From Kudoa neothunni (lineage: Eukaryota > Animalia > Cnidaria), in the NCBI GenBank assembly GCA_964304625.1, contig OZ199840.1:1838532-1902531 (forward strand): a DNA stretch of 64,000 nt, read 5' to 3'. The notes under the pieces were generated by a model that ran no database searches, was not told the origin of the DNA, and was given only the letters and a program-made list of their open reading frames with translations. Below are positions 27,597 through 40,180 of this stretch, piece by piece (positions within the stretch are counted from its first letter, which is position 1; each line of letters starts with the position of its first letter). The position numbers and the translations under genes were made by a program.

Positions 27597-29033
27597 AACT
27601 GTGTTAATCGGGAATGTTTTCGTAGGTTCCGAATTCTTATATAGTTTAATATTACTTTATATAAAGACTTCACTCAGGAATTAAAACAATATTTATAATC
27701 ATAAATAAACATTATCAAAAATTCAGATAATTAACTATTTAAAAACAATATTTATCAATATTAGATTATAGATATGATCATAACAAAGTATATATTATTA
27801 CTTTTTTTGTGTAGATAAACTTTACGCTGATATAACCCCTTATTATTTTCGTTCTAATATGATAATAAACTTTTCGAATAAATATATTGATAGATTATAA
27901 TTATTAATGTAATTATCAAATTTTAAATTAAATAGTTATTATTTTTTCCTTTGTATAAAGTAGTATTATTAGAGGTATTTGGTAATTGTTTTCATATAAA
28001 TAAATATAATTATTTTTGGGTAAGAGCACCTATGGTTACATAAAATAATCACCAACTTTAGATTAAATCATGTAAAGTATTATGTATTGTAGATAATATT
28101 GTGCAAACAATATTTTATTGATACAGAATAATTTTTAAATCATTCAGCGTGCGTTTATCTTATTTTAATAAAACGGATATTTTCCAAATAATTTTATAAA
28201 AATTATTTAACTGAAAATAATTTTAAAAAATTTCTTAAATATTCGTCATTTCTAGAATATAATAATCTTATCATTCAAAACACATTAAGTTTGATTTCGA
28301 TTAAATCGTTAATAAAGCTGATAATTTTATTTATTACCACAAAGAGTGAATTTCACGATTTCAATTTAACCTCCGGACAACTTTTATTCTTAGAACAGAG
28401 AAAGGAAAAAACGAGGTAAAATTAGACATTTTAATATATAGAGCAGCCCAAAAAATATTGAAATTTAATATTATATAGCCATAGAAATTTATTTCTTACG
28501 ATAAACAGAATGTTAAAAATGATATAATTTTCACGAATAATATCTTTCTAAACTAATTTGCCATTAATAATCTATGTCAAACAATTGTATAACCAAGAGA
28601 AATCGAACTCAAGTATAAACGAAACATATATGAATGAATTATTATTTGCGCTTACCTGTTTCATCTATATAAAAACAAGATTTAACTTCAAAATATATAT
28701 TTTTTAATGACAGAGACTATTGGTAAGGTAAGTTATAGTCTTAAACGGCATATACGCTGGAGCAATGATAATTTTAATCCAAATAACTACATAAAAAATT
28801 CATTTTTTAGAACCTTCTATATTTAATTATGTATGACCCATCGCTTCTTTCTTAGGGACCTAAAATAATTAAGTATAGTCAAAAGTAGGGAAGCCTGAAT
28901 ATTATCTACCATACCAGTAGCCACTTACTTTTCAAATGATTATTTAGTATTATTCGGAACATGTACATTACGCGAGAGACCAGCTCCTTTCTGTTAACCC
29001 TCAATAAACAATAGTATTTTTTGTGACTGAGAA

Positions 29034-29105
29034 CGGATGGATTAGTTGTGTGACAACTGGACTGAATATACAAAGGTAGTGGGTTCTACTCCCGCTACCG
29101 ATCAA
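29034..29105 (+). repeat. Degenerate tRNA-like (SINE head) sequence
   Basis: B-box-like GGTTCTACTCCC within a T-arm-like hairpin (GTGGGTTCTACTCCCGC); no complete cloverleaf. Confidence 0.4.
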
Positions 29106-29298
29106 TTGAAGGATTTTATCCTTTTACAAGTGATTCTCTGTCCACTGTAACTTTAGTCGTGTTTAGATTGAGATTGCACTATCATATGCAATTTCATTTC
29201 CAGTTATAGTTTGATTTAACAAAGGAGGTGGAATTCGATGGTTGATTCGTTGGGGATGTACTACATTATCTGTCCTGAAATCTCTGTAGAATCAAAGT

Positions 29299-29741
29299 AA
29301 CCAATCTGGACAATATAGTATAGTGGTGTTAGGTCGAGATCACATGCCGGGAGGTTGCGTTGCGAGTTCGAAGCCTAGTCCGGTCGTTCCTGTTCTCCTA
29401 ATCTGAAATTAAGTAGGAAGGCTGTAGTAATCGCAAGGATCTACGATTTATCATGGTTTTGCTTGCATCTGGGAGGGGAACCTGGCGGAATGGTAGAATT
29501 CAAGCCCTCATTAAACGCCGAAGTCGTCTAAGTATGGTGGGGGTGATGATAGCTCCGAAACGAGGATGTTTAATGGGGTAAAATCCCACACTTCCGCATA
29601 AACGTAAGTCGCCTTAATAAGACGCTGCGGTGCCTAATGCGTAAATGGAGAAGATCTAACTATCCCAAATATCACAACCAAACAAGTTAACAAGTTAAGT
29701 TAACAAGTTGCGCCAGGGGTTTGACCTCGTAAACAGAAAAA
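29299..29741 (+). mobile_element. tRNA-derived SINE-like retro-insertion with a 14-bp TSD
   Basis: Direct repeat TGTAGAATCAAAGT at 29285-29298 and 29742-29755. A-box TAGTATAGTGG (29316) and B-box GAGTTCGAAGCC (29364). Short ACAAGTTA tandem repeats near the 3' end. GC-richer than the flanks. Confidence 0.7.
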
Positions 29742-30321
29742 TGTAGAATCAAAGTCCTTATCGAAAAATAAGATTTGGTACGGGGATTTCCATAGAGACG
29801 AGGACTTCAATGAGTTAAACTATCACGCTAAAGAAGGAAAATAAGGGGTGGGAATAAATGTTTTTCATCATGCGCTGTCTCTGGTGTAAATTGGAGTTAC
29901 TTAAACAATCCTAACTATTTGATCCAGGATTTTCATTCTTTAAAGTTTAAACGAATAAAACTTGGTCTAGTTTTGGAAAAAAATATATAGATTTTTAAGA
30001 CAAAAATAAACTTATTAATTACTTCTTATTCATTCTATTGTATACTTTAGTAGAATAAAACTTAACAGTTAATTAACATGATATATTAAGCTGTAAATAA
30101 AAAGTTAAATATTTTTAGATTAGTCTGATATGAAACATATTTTCGTTTTTGTGTACAAATGGAAAAACTTAAAAAATATACTCCAATTATGTAAAAATGA
30201 AAGTCGACAACAATTGTAAGGTTTCAAGAGATTTTTATATGATAAACTGTATTATTGATATAGGAAAAAAACAAATTTTCTTCGATAGTTGAATATTAAT
30301 TTCTGTGTTCAACTAATATAG

Positions 30322-31366
30322 TTAAACCCATTGGTCGTTAATAATATGGTTATTATCGTCCGCCAACTTCAACAATTCTGATTCTGTCTCAGGTGAGATA
30401 TCATATTGATGGTATTTGTAATCGATATCGTTCTTTTCAACTTGGTTGTAGTCATTGTTGTCCCCATAGTTATAATTCCTATCTGGTCTTGAAGAATATT
30501 TGGGGTTTTTGAGGTCATTCTGTGATGAATGATGATTTCCTTTTTGTATTAATTTAAAAAACAATAACAAATATTTCCCTACTTTTGAAATCTGGGGGAG
30601 GATGGTTCACATGTAAGAAATTGTTACAGTGCTTTTGCTCATAACAGTAGTCTCTGAGATCATATAACGAAGAATTGATGAAAACAAAAGGTCCAAACTT
30701 TAAAAGGGTAATAATAAGAAAAACTTTAATTATATACATCAGGTTTTTCCCATTTTTTGCATCTAATGCAAGTGTTATTGTTAATATATTCTGTTTTTTC
30801 GGTTGATGGGTCAACATAAAGAGCAATCCACGTATATACCTTTATTTATTTAGTTAGTACAGATAGTGATTGTATATAACTACGAGGCATGGGATGCAGT
30901 TGGTATGTTTTCTTAAACCAACAACTAAAATTTGTTAATTTCTTTCTACATTATTTATGATACTAGTTTTATTATGACAGTGAGTAAGTCTTAACCATTC
31001 CACTGATCTGAATGGAAGTATATTAAGAAATTTTTCTACGTCGACCTCAGACAATTTTATCCAGAATTTCTGCTCATCAAAAGATTAATATATCAGCAAA
31101 ATAAGTTATGAAAATTACCATTCCACTAAATTTCATTAATTCATCATAGAAATACTTAAATTTGTATCCCAGTTCAAACTTTATATCATCACTGAGTTTC
31201 AACTAGTACGTATTTATATAGTGAAAATTATTTTTGGAAATTATTCGTTACGTAGTCAATAACATCGCGGTCGATAGAATGAACCTCTATGGCTGATATC
31301 AAGATTATACCTAAAAAACATTAGAAGTGAATTTTATCGACCTATACCAAAAACAACTCCTATCAT
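30322..31366 (-). CDS. Secreted Cys-containing protein C (8 exons) with an Asn/Asp-rich tail
   Basis: Spliced GT-AG model: MIGVVFGIILISAIEVHSIDRDVIDYLKLSDDIKFELGYKFKYFYDEL..SVECCGLRKHTNCIPCLVYTWIALY..TCIRCKKWEKPDFGPF..YCYEQKHCNNF..NDQWV*. Confidence 0.7.
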
Positions 31367-32071
31367 TTTATTTACTTCGATTGTTATCTTTCGGTAAATA
31401 TATTTATTGCAACTTAATAGTCTAATATTACATATCTTATCTGTTGTATCAATAGAGACAACAAAATCTACAATCTATTGTTGTTATCTAAAATGTTTGA
31501 TAAATTAATTTAGGAATAACATAAAATCACTTTTCATTGGAAACCGCCTAAATATGTTTAACTTTTTAATAAAAGCTTTCTGTAATTATTAAATTAATTA
31601 AAAAAAAATTGTCAAATATAATTAATAACATTATGTAACACAAATAAAAATTTCATTAAAATATTATTTTTTATAATTCCGATATAACCGTTTGTTATCT
31701 TGTTGGAATACCTGAGGGGTTCTACTAAGGTGAATTAATGGCCTTTAATTATCATTCGTTAAGATCCCCAAAATAGTAGTTAATTATGCCTTATAGATAA
31801 AAACAACTATTATCTCTAAGTAGACGACTTATCGTATTTTACTCGTAGTGTTATGAATACTAACTGCAACATTCTTAACATACCTATTCAAAATTTAATT
31901 TAATGGACATTTAAATTAATTTATTTTAAAATTCAATCTAATTTACAATACCAAATCTGTAGATACGCAGAATTAAGCTCTTCAAATTTAAAAATAAAAG
32001 ATTAATTATTTGTATTCGATAATCGTCTTAAAATATAAATCACAATTAATATTTAATGAAATATCCAAGTA

Positions 32072-32318
32072 CAGTTGAACAGGGCTCGTACGTAATCGTC
32101 ACTTTTGTTACATTAAACTAAATTTGAATTTCGTCATTCTCAGTTATAATAAAGTAAATATATCTGGCTATAAAATAAACAAAAATTAAAAATTTTCATT
32201 GACTTGAAAAAAAAATAAAAATCATGGCTCGTACGTAATGCAGCGATACAGCGATACAGCGATTCTAGGTAATGAGACCCCGTTCCCCGACTCATTACGT
32301 ACGAGCCCTGATCGACTG
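32072..32318. mobile_element. Tc1/pogo-type MITE
   Basis: TA-CAGTTGAACAGGGCTCGTACGTAAT ... ATTACGTACGAGCCCTGATCGACTG-TA (25-bp TIR, 2 mismatches, TA TSD). Confidence 0.88.
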
Positions 32319-33712
32319 TAGTTAGTTGATCAATACATTAAGATATATTAGAAAGATAATAAATTATAACAAAAATATATTGGTTTTAGTCGTTGTCTAA
32401 ATAAAGATAAATACAACATTAATTCAAAAACAAATATAGTTCGTAGTATTAAATGCTGTTTACATAAATAATCAATATAGATAATTACATAATCAACTTT
32501 TTTAGAGTAAGGTTTAATTTTAATGCAATAGAATGATATATACATAACAACTAACTAACATTCTTTCATTATAGTTGTTAGGATTATTAATGCTGCTGGG
32601 TCAGCCTCATGATTTTCTTGATGACACTCACAAGAGTTGTTAATTGATTTTTCGATCAGATATCCTAACAGTTAGGTATTAAAGGGAAATCATTAAAAAA
32701 ATTGTAGTATAAATATTGAAAAATAGTCTAATTATTAAATTGTGCCGGTATTACATGGAACATATGGGAGATAATTTTAATTCTTATAATAATTAATGAG
32801 ACTATTATCAGAACGATTGATGCCTAGAAATAATTTATAATCTAATATTTTTGTCTATATATTCTATTCGAATGAAAATTATATGAAATATGTGTAATTA
32901 TTAAAATTCAAATGTTTGAATGGACCTATTTTTTAATACAAAAAATCGTGATAACTATGTCCCCCTGCATACCGATTTCCAATGAAAAACAATCATCTAA
33001 TTCTCTCTTATTTTGCTCAATTAGCTTCTCATATAAACAACTCCATATGTGTTTAATCTTTTTAGTTATGGTGAAGACTTGAAATTGACGATTTCAAATT
33101 TTCTATTCCTCCCAACGAATAATTCGATTAAACAACGCACATTAATTTTTTCGAAATAAGCAAATTTACATAAGTAATTAAAAACATTTTTTTAATGATA
33201 TAAATTTATTTAAATTAGTTAGAGTAATTCTCGAACAATTTTTTTTCAAATCATCACCAATAACATAATTAATGACCGTTTCACTGCCTCTCTAGAACGA
33301 CTCCCTTGTTACTCGACAATCGAACCGAACCCTGCCCTCTTACAGTCGCATATATTTTATCTGAGTTTCTATGAGCTTTTCCTAAGTTACAAAAAATTTA
33401 AACCCGCCTTTGAAAATCTCTTAAATCCAATATTTCATAAAATTCCGACAAAATTTTTATAAATCTTATCAAGCTCTTAAAATAATAATAATAATAAAAA
33501 TGCTAAAAATCATAAAATAAAAATAACTAAACATAGTTAAATTCATTCTTTTTCTTAAAAATTAATATTAACAAATAAAATCACATTTTTCAAATATTCG
33601 ATAAATCTACAAGGTAGAATAAATAAAAATAAGAATAGAAAAAAAGTTAACCAGATCCAAAATAAAACCGATCACGCACGATTTATGACGGCATTTGAGT
33701 CAGGCCTTCCGA

Positions 33713-34187
33713 ATGTCTAAAATTGGTAGCTTTCTGTTGAAAAAGTTAATAATTCCAACGGCTAAAGTTGGAGTTTTAGGTGGTGCGATCTACTACTCAT
33801 GTAGGGCAGTAGTTTTGTGGTTGTTGGCGTGGATAATGCATCTCTATTTTTAGTTGATTATTTCGACACTGCAGAAAAATCTATCAATGCAGCAGTACAT
33901 TCTCATATAGAATTTTGTAGTTGGTTTTCGAGAAATGAATTGGTTAATAAAATCAGGTTATCTCTGGTAGGTGAAGAAGTTTCACCTTGTATCCTAGTTG
34001 AAGTACGCGTTAAAGATAGGGAAATTGATTGATTAATTAATTAATTAATGTTCGATAACAGGGCAGAAATATTTATGAAAAAGGTTGGAATAAACTGCTC
34101 ACGAAAGTATGCGATGGCTTGGTTGTAGCTCCCATTCACATGAAAATGGGCGCCAATATGCTTGTAGAAAAACTCAAACAATTATAA
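33713..34187 (+). CDS. MICOS13: MICOS complex subunit MIC13/QIL1 (3 exons, about 120 aa)
   Basis: Introns 33801-33853 and 34003-34061. The product has KVGVLGGAIYYS (cf. KGSVAGGAVYL, GxxxG transmembrane motif) and GWNKLLTKVCDGLVVAP (cf. SWNAGIMTVMSALSVAP, WN motif). Length matches the family. Confidence 0.78.
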
Positions 34188-34289
34188 ATAATTCAAACGT
34201 TCACACATATTACATAGACACAAACAACTATGTTTTAATTTGAATATATGACGATTTATCGCGTGATACATAGATATCAATTCATTTTA

Positions 34290-35462
34290 TCAATAGGGGA
34301 GATTATTGATGTTATCGATCAGTTTGTGCAGGATAGATTTTTTAAGTTTCAATTGATAATATCTATCTCCACGCTCACCAACGACCAAGTCGATTAAGTT
34401 GTGATCGACAAATTCGACAAGTTGCGAGCGTAGACTTGATTCGTTGGTGGTTAGAAAATTTCTCCTGCAATACTCGTACAATTGGGTGTGGGGCATGTTG
34501 GCGGTGGGGTCGGCGGAGTCCCCCGATGACAACGCAGTTTTGATAATATAATCGAAAATTTGTTGAGCGTTTCTTGTGAGACTTTGGTAGACACACAGTA
34601 CCGAATCGATAATTTTTTTGTTGTTGGCGCCATCTCTATCAGGTTTCAAATCTAGCGCCAATTCCATATCGAAATTTTTCTCCAAATAATTTGTTGCGGC
34701 GATTTCCCGCCAAAAATGTTCCAACGTATTAATTTGGTAGTGCACGAATTGTGTTGAACAAAGAACCGAATAGTAGGATATAGTTGATATGAATTGTTGG
34801 TCATTGTAGGTGGCCATTAGGGAGAACAACGATTTCTCCAATAACAACCTATCAAGTAATAGGTTCAACATATTTTCATTGATGCCAGTAGGAATGTAAT
34901 TTATATTATCGAAAATTAGAAGTGTTTTACGGGGATTCTCCACATCGTCGTTACTTGCGAGCAGCTTGAGATTGTCAAAAAATCTATTCATCATATCGAT
35001 AAACTTTTTCGACGAAACTTTTATCTCATCCACAAAACATTCATCATCCAACACACCATAAATAGCGTTGAGTTGTCGCAATAAATCAAAATAATAAATC
35101 TCCGAGTAGTTATGTCCGTTCATGATCAACACATGATAATTGGTGGTATTGAGTGTGAAGCGTTTGAACGATTGAATCAATGTGTGCTTGGAACCCATGC
35201 CATACACGAAAACAGTTAGGCCATTGTCGACATCACGAATCCATTTGTGGAAATAATCCATGAGGATATTGCTACAATTTTCAACTGTTATAGGTGGTGG
35301 CTGAGTGCGCTTTTTAGCCTTATTTTCCAAATCTTCTGAATAGGTCCTTAACATGTGATGAAAAAATGCGGTTTTCTCCGCCAATTGTATTTCATCCTGT
35401 TCATTACTCTCCTCCTCGTATACAGGAGAGGATAATCTTTGTCTTAACTTATGTCTGGCCAT
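34290..35462 (-). CDS. ORC2: Origin recognition complex subunit 2, intronless, 390 aa
   Basis: YFHKW...VFVYGMGSKHTLI, VLIMNG, LLIFDNI, VYQSLTRNAQQIF and LYEYCRRNFLTTNESSLRSQLVEFVDHNLI are ORC2 signatures. Confidence 0.93.
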   Translation of the reverse strand: MARHKLRQRLSSPVYEEESNEQDEIQLAEKTAFFHHMLRTYSEDLENKAKKRTQPPPITVENCSNILMDYFHKWIRDVDNGLTVFVYGMGSKHTLIQSFKRFTLNTTNYHVLIMNGHNYSEIYYFDLLRQLNAIYGVLDDECFVDEIKVSSKKFIDMMNRFFDNLKLLASNDDVENPRKTLLIFDNINYIPTGINENMLNLLLDRLLLEKSLFSLMATYNDQQFISTISYYSVLCSTQFVHYQINTLEHFWREIAATNYLEKNFDMELALDLKPDRDGANNKKIIDSVLCVYQSLTRNAQQIFDYIIKTALSSGDSADPTANMPHTQLYEYCRRNFLTTNESSLRSQLVEFVDHNLIDLVVGERGDRYYQLKLKKSILHKLIDNINNLPY

Positions 35463-38400
35463 TATAATCGGTCAATATCGGAATACACGGTATTCAACAA
35501 GATTTTGGAGCGCAACCAAAAAGCGATTTGGCAGTTTCGGACGCATTCGTATATAACCGTTTGCACGTTTTAATGTGTTTTCAACATTTTTTTTATAGTT
35601 TACAATGTATTTTTTAATTTAAGAGATATCTAATAAAATTTTGTGTTATTTTTAGACCTTTCTTAAATTAATAAATAAATAAATAAATTTACGTCTTAAT
35701 TAAATTGTTTAATTTTTTATTTAAAGCTTATCAACGTAATAAGGATTCTTAAATCATTCTAGGGAAAAATGAATATTATCGAAGTTTGTTTTTATGCTTT
35801 TTTGTTGATTGAGCATTAGTTCAATCACAACATAAACATACCATTTTTTCGCCGGCATTTTATTTCGTACACGTTTCATTTGAGGTTTAATTGGAAGATT
35901 TTTCAAAAATTAATGATAATAACAATAATAATATCAATAATAAATATGGACCATTTATTCATAGATAGATTAATGTATGATCGGATGTTGGTATTCGGAA
36001 AAGAAGCTGTTAGAACAGATTTTAAAAATCGTAGATATACAATGATTCCTTTTGGAAATCATAGTTGAAAATAATCTGTATATTAGAATTCATTTAATTT
36101 GCGTCGTTCAAAATTTTAAATAAAATTATGAGTAGAATTTAACAGATTCAATTATTGGGAAGATCAGTAGATCGTTTTACGAATTAAAATTTTTGAAGAA
36201 TGCTAATTATCTTGAAATATCACACTTTTCTGAATTAAACTACTTAGAGGTATATACTGATTAATTTCTTTTGATACTATCTCGCTGATATTCCTTGTGA
36301 TCCACGTTATTGAATGAAATTGTTGTATTGTTGGTCAAATAAATTAAAATGGGCGTAGAAATTTTTCAGGTGTGTAAATTATAGTCGCAGAATAAAAATA
36401 GAGAGAAAGGATATATTTTTTACTTTGTAAAGCAGCGATGCGCGCGCCGTATAAAAAATTCCGATTTGAAATAACAAATTCTGAAAATGATTAATATTCC
36501 CTTTAAAATTTTTAAATTTTACAACTTTAAATAAGAATTAGATAATTTTAAAGAATTTTTCACCTACATCAGATAATATTGGGAGAAAAATTCAATTAAA
36601 AATGTTATTATAAATGAAATGGATATTTTTTATTTTGTAATATTTTTGCAATTTTCATATTGTGTTAACATGACTCTGTGTGTTCAAAAATAACAATTAT
36701 GATATATTCAGTTTTTCAGTTATTTTTGATGATATAACTTTTACTGTAGATAAATGCGAACCAATTTATCATTTATTTAAAAAATTTTTACAAGAATTTA
36801 AAGAAAAACTATCATATATGTAAATGAAATAAAAATTTTAGTTACCTATAATTGGCGTTTATTATAAAAATATTTAATTGTGATAATTAATTGCTTTTAT
36901 GTGTATTTATAATTTGAAAACTTCTAGTTAAATCGAATTAAAATTTTAGTTTATTAAAATTATTTTAGATACAAAATATTGGTGATGCTGGATCTATTAT
37001 AAAGTTAAAATGAACATAGGATGATTATTAGATGCAATGGGAGGAGTGTTACTGAGCGAATATATTTAAAGAAATATATTCTTATGTTTAGATTGATGTG
37101 CGAAGGTATAATTTAATTTAAGGCTTTGTTGACTCCTCTTATTAAACTTATTTTCAGTTTAAATACATCTATATAAGTAAAGGAATTATCAGTCCAATTT
37201 CATTTCTATTATCTAATAAATAGAGTGCTAAAATAAAAATTTAAAAATACAGTGAAACATTGCCTATTTATTATTAAAGCATTATATTTCGTTATTTCTA
37301 TATAAAAATTTTCTTGAAATTAATATTTCTATTAGAATAACATTAGAATTCAACCTGTTTATATCATAAACTCATATTCATCTATATAAGATGCATTTTT
37401 ACACAGCAATGTAACTTTAAAATCTACATGCGTCTTACACGCGATTAAATCGAATAATTTTACATCATGAGTGAAATCCTATTTTTAGTAAGTTAGTTAC
37501 AAAAATTGAAAACCTGTAGTGTTAATATGATTTACTTTTATTTCAATAATTCGCTTCCTAATATTTACTTAATTATCAATCTTCAATATATGCTCAATTT
37601 ACCTGTTTAATAACTATTTTTTAGTCCGTAGTGAAGATTAATAAAACTAAGTTTTTTTTAACCAAAAATAACCTAATTTATTAATAAACGTCAAATTTTA
37701 CGAAATATTAATTGGTATTAGTTTTTTATTACATAAGCAATTAAATTCAATTTACACAATAAATACCATAAAATCTAAAAAATCTAAAAATATTCAAATT
37801 AAATAATATAAGGTAAAATCTTAATTATCCCAAAAAGTGGAGGAACTAACATTTTACTCTCAAATACTGAAATCTCATTTTATATCAAGTTTTGCGCGTG
37901 CGAAAAATTAAATTTAGGGGTTGGTTACATCTTTTATTTTTAACGATTCTATGTTGGTGTGTTATTCAAAAAAAAAGAAATATTATTTTAAAAGTATAAC
38001 TTCTAGGTGCAATGCAGTCACTACACACAAATTTCCCTTACGTGATGTGTGATATGCGATTTGTGATATATGAGGCTATATTGCTGATGTGATAGATTGA
38101 AATAAAACATTTTAATTACTGGAAAATGGTTTATTATTATTTAATTCATTATTTCCTCTCAAGTTGAAAATTTTGAGTTATACAACTAAGGATGATAAGA
38201 ATTAATAGAATACCAACGAGGAGAAATTGATCAGAGTTATCGATAAAAATCTTTCGGTTTTCCTCATTATTTAAAATACACCTTATTCTTAGAATTTACT
38301 ACTAATTTGTGAAAAGTAGGCCTTGACAAGACTTTAAAGTAAAAATTCAATGGAAAAACAAAAATGAGATGATTGTTAAATTATCCAGCTCCATAGATAA

Positions 38401-40180
38401 ACGGTTTTTATATATTAAACGATAAGTTTCGATTCAAAAGTAATATAAACTGTAAAATATAATTTTCCTTTCCTCAAAATTTATCTGTTCACAATCAATA
38501 TTGATACATTTTGATCTTAAAATATTATACGCTTTGTGTCATTTTATTTCTATTAATAAATTAAAAATTTAAATTAAATGAATAACGATTAAATGTAATA
38601 AAAATTAAGCTCGCGCAGCATCATACGCAGACGCTAATCGAGATTTCACTTAAAAAAATTTCAATCGAATTTTACATTAAAATTAAAGCGAAAAGTAATT
38701 TAGATTAATAGAATTTCTTTATACTTAGAATCTAAATAGATCTGAAAAAAAAATCGTTCGGATACACGGAGTTTGAATATACAAAGTTCTGTGTACTCAC
38801 AATTTTCGGTTGCAATAAACCATGGAAACAACAGTAACTGCAAACTGTGAACAGTTGATTGAGTTTGTGTTGTATTATCTACATATTTAGACATTGCAAA
38901 CCACCAGATTTTAGTTGTTAAGAAATCTTTTAATCTTTACAATTTGTTCTAACTCGTTTATTAACTTAACAATTCAAGGCTTGATGAAAAAACAAAAGTA
39001 TTTTTAAGGCAAATATTTCCATTAAAGCCGTTATCATAAAAATGAAACACCCAATTCTAATTAGAAGAAAAATACCAATGAATCCTTCTAAAATAAACTT
39101 AAATGCGTTTTAACTCTATAATTATCTTTTCGAATTGCAAACTCACCTAATTTAATCAGCGGTTTCTACATAATACAAATATAGCGCTCGTACTTAATTA
39201 AACGTCTGACCTTTAAGACGCATGATACTCAAAAAGCTAAATATTCAATTTTCCACTCTAGAATGTCATCCTAACCACAGATAAGCCATACAAAAATTCC
39301 TCATAGTTTTCAATATTACACAATAATTAGAAAAAAGTATGGCAAATTGGTCAATAATTCTTTTGAAGAGATAAAAAGGGCGCCTATTTATTCAAAAAGG
39401 GAGAATTATAATGACAACCTTTTATAATTCTCAGAAATCAAGTTTCGATATTAAGAAAAATCGTTTAATTTATATTATCTGAATCAAACAAAAAGTCCCA
39501 ACCCAAGGCAATTAAACATCACACGCAACAAGGCATTTAGTTGAGTATGATCACGCTCGTAAACCACGGCATAGATACACGAGCTTAATTCTCGTTAATC
39601 ATAAGTAGTAAACGTATTATAGTCAAGCACGAACGGTGACGTGACAAAAATCTTCTTGAATAGTAAATAAACATTTCACAGCCGCATCAATCATGTGTTT
39701 GTTTACCAACAATCTTTTCAATGGTGTTTTATTCCCAAAAGATTGGTGGATCAGGTAGATTGGTGAAACAGTTATAATTCTTCACAGGCGGAAGAGATAG
39801 GATTATTATTTTAATGCTCCTAATTCGTATATTAAAACCAATATAGTGACTATTAATTATTTAACACATATACAGTCATGTTAAATGATAGATAAAATTA
39901 ATTTCACCGTTGTCAATGACACTCGAGTTCGATGACGAATGTTTTGAGAACAAATTCCATTACGGTTAATTCCCAGTGATTAAATTATAATAAGGCACCA
40001 CGAAAACAAGTTCATAAATTCCTTCATTATTTATTTTACCACTGAAATAGATTCATTAAAATTATTTCATACAGTTAAAACCTTAGAATAATTCTAAATA
40101 GCTTTTGTTGTTGGTATGCGTAAATATTGTCACGCGCTAGCCGCATAAGACTCGTTGGCGCCCGAAAGTTAAGATCGAAG

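Noticed and set aside
29034-29385. Functional tRNA genes
   Set aside because: A/B boxes are present but no consistent acceptor and anticodon stems; better explained as SINE heads.
29545-29565. Hammerhead ribozyme core (TGATGA...GAAAC)
   Set aside because: The core reads GTGATGA rather than CTGATGA, and stem II cannot form between the two motifs.
35500-40100. Long AT-rich stretch with short ORFs (35880, 38700)
   Set aside because: No coherent spliced model or family motif; treated as intergenic or decayed repeat.
40127-40180. 18-aa N-terminal extension of alpha-tubulin in the ORF track
   Set aside because: It begins at TTG; the canonical MREC start is the ATG at 40181.
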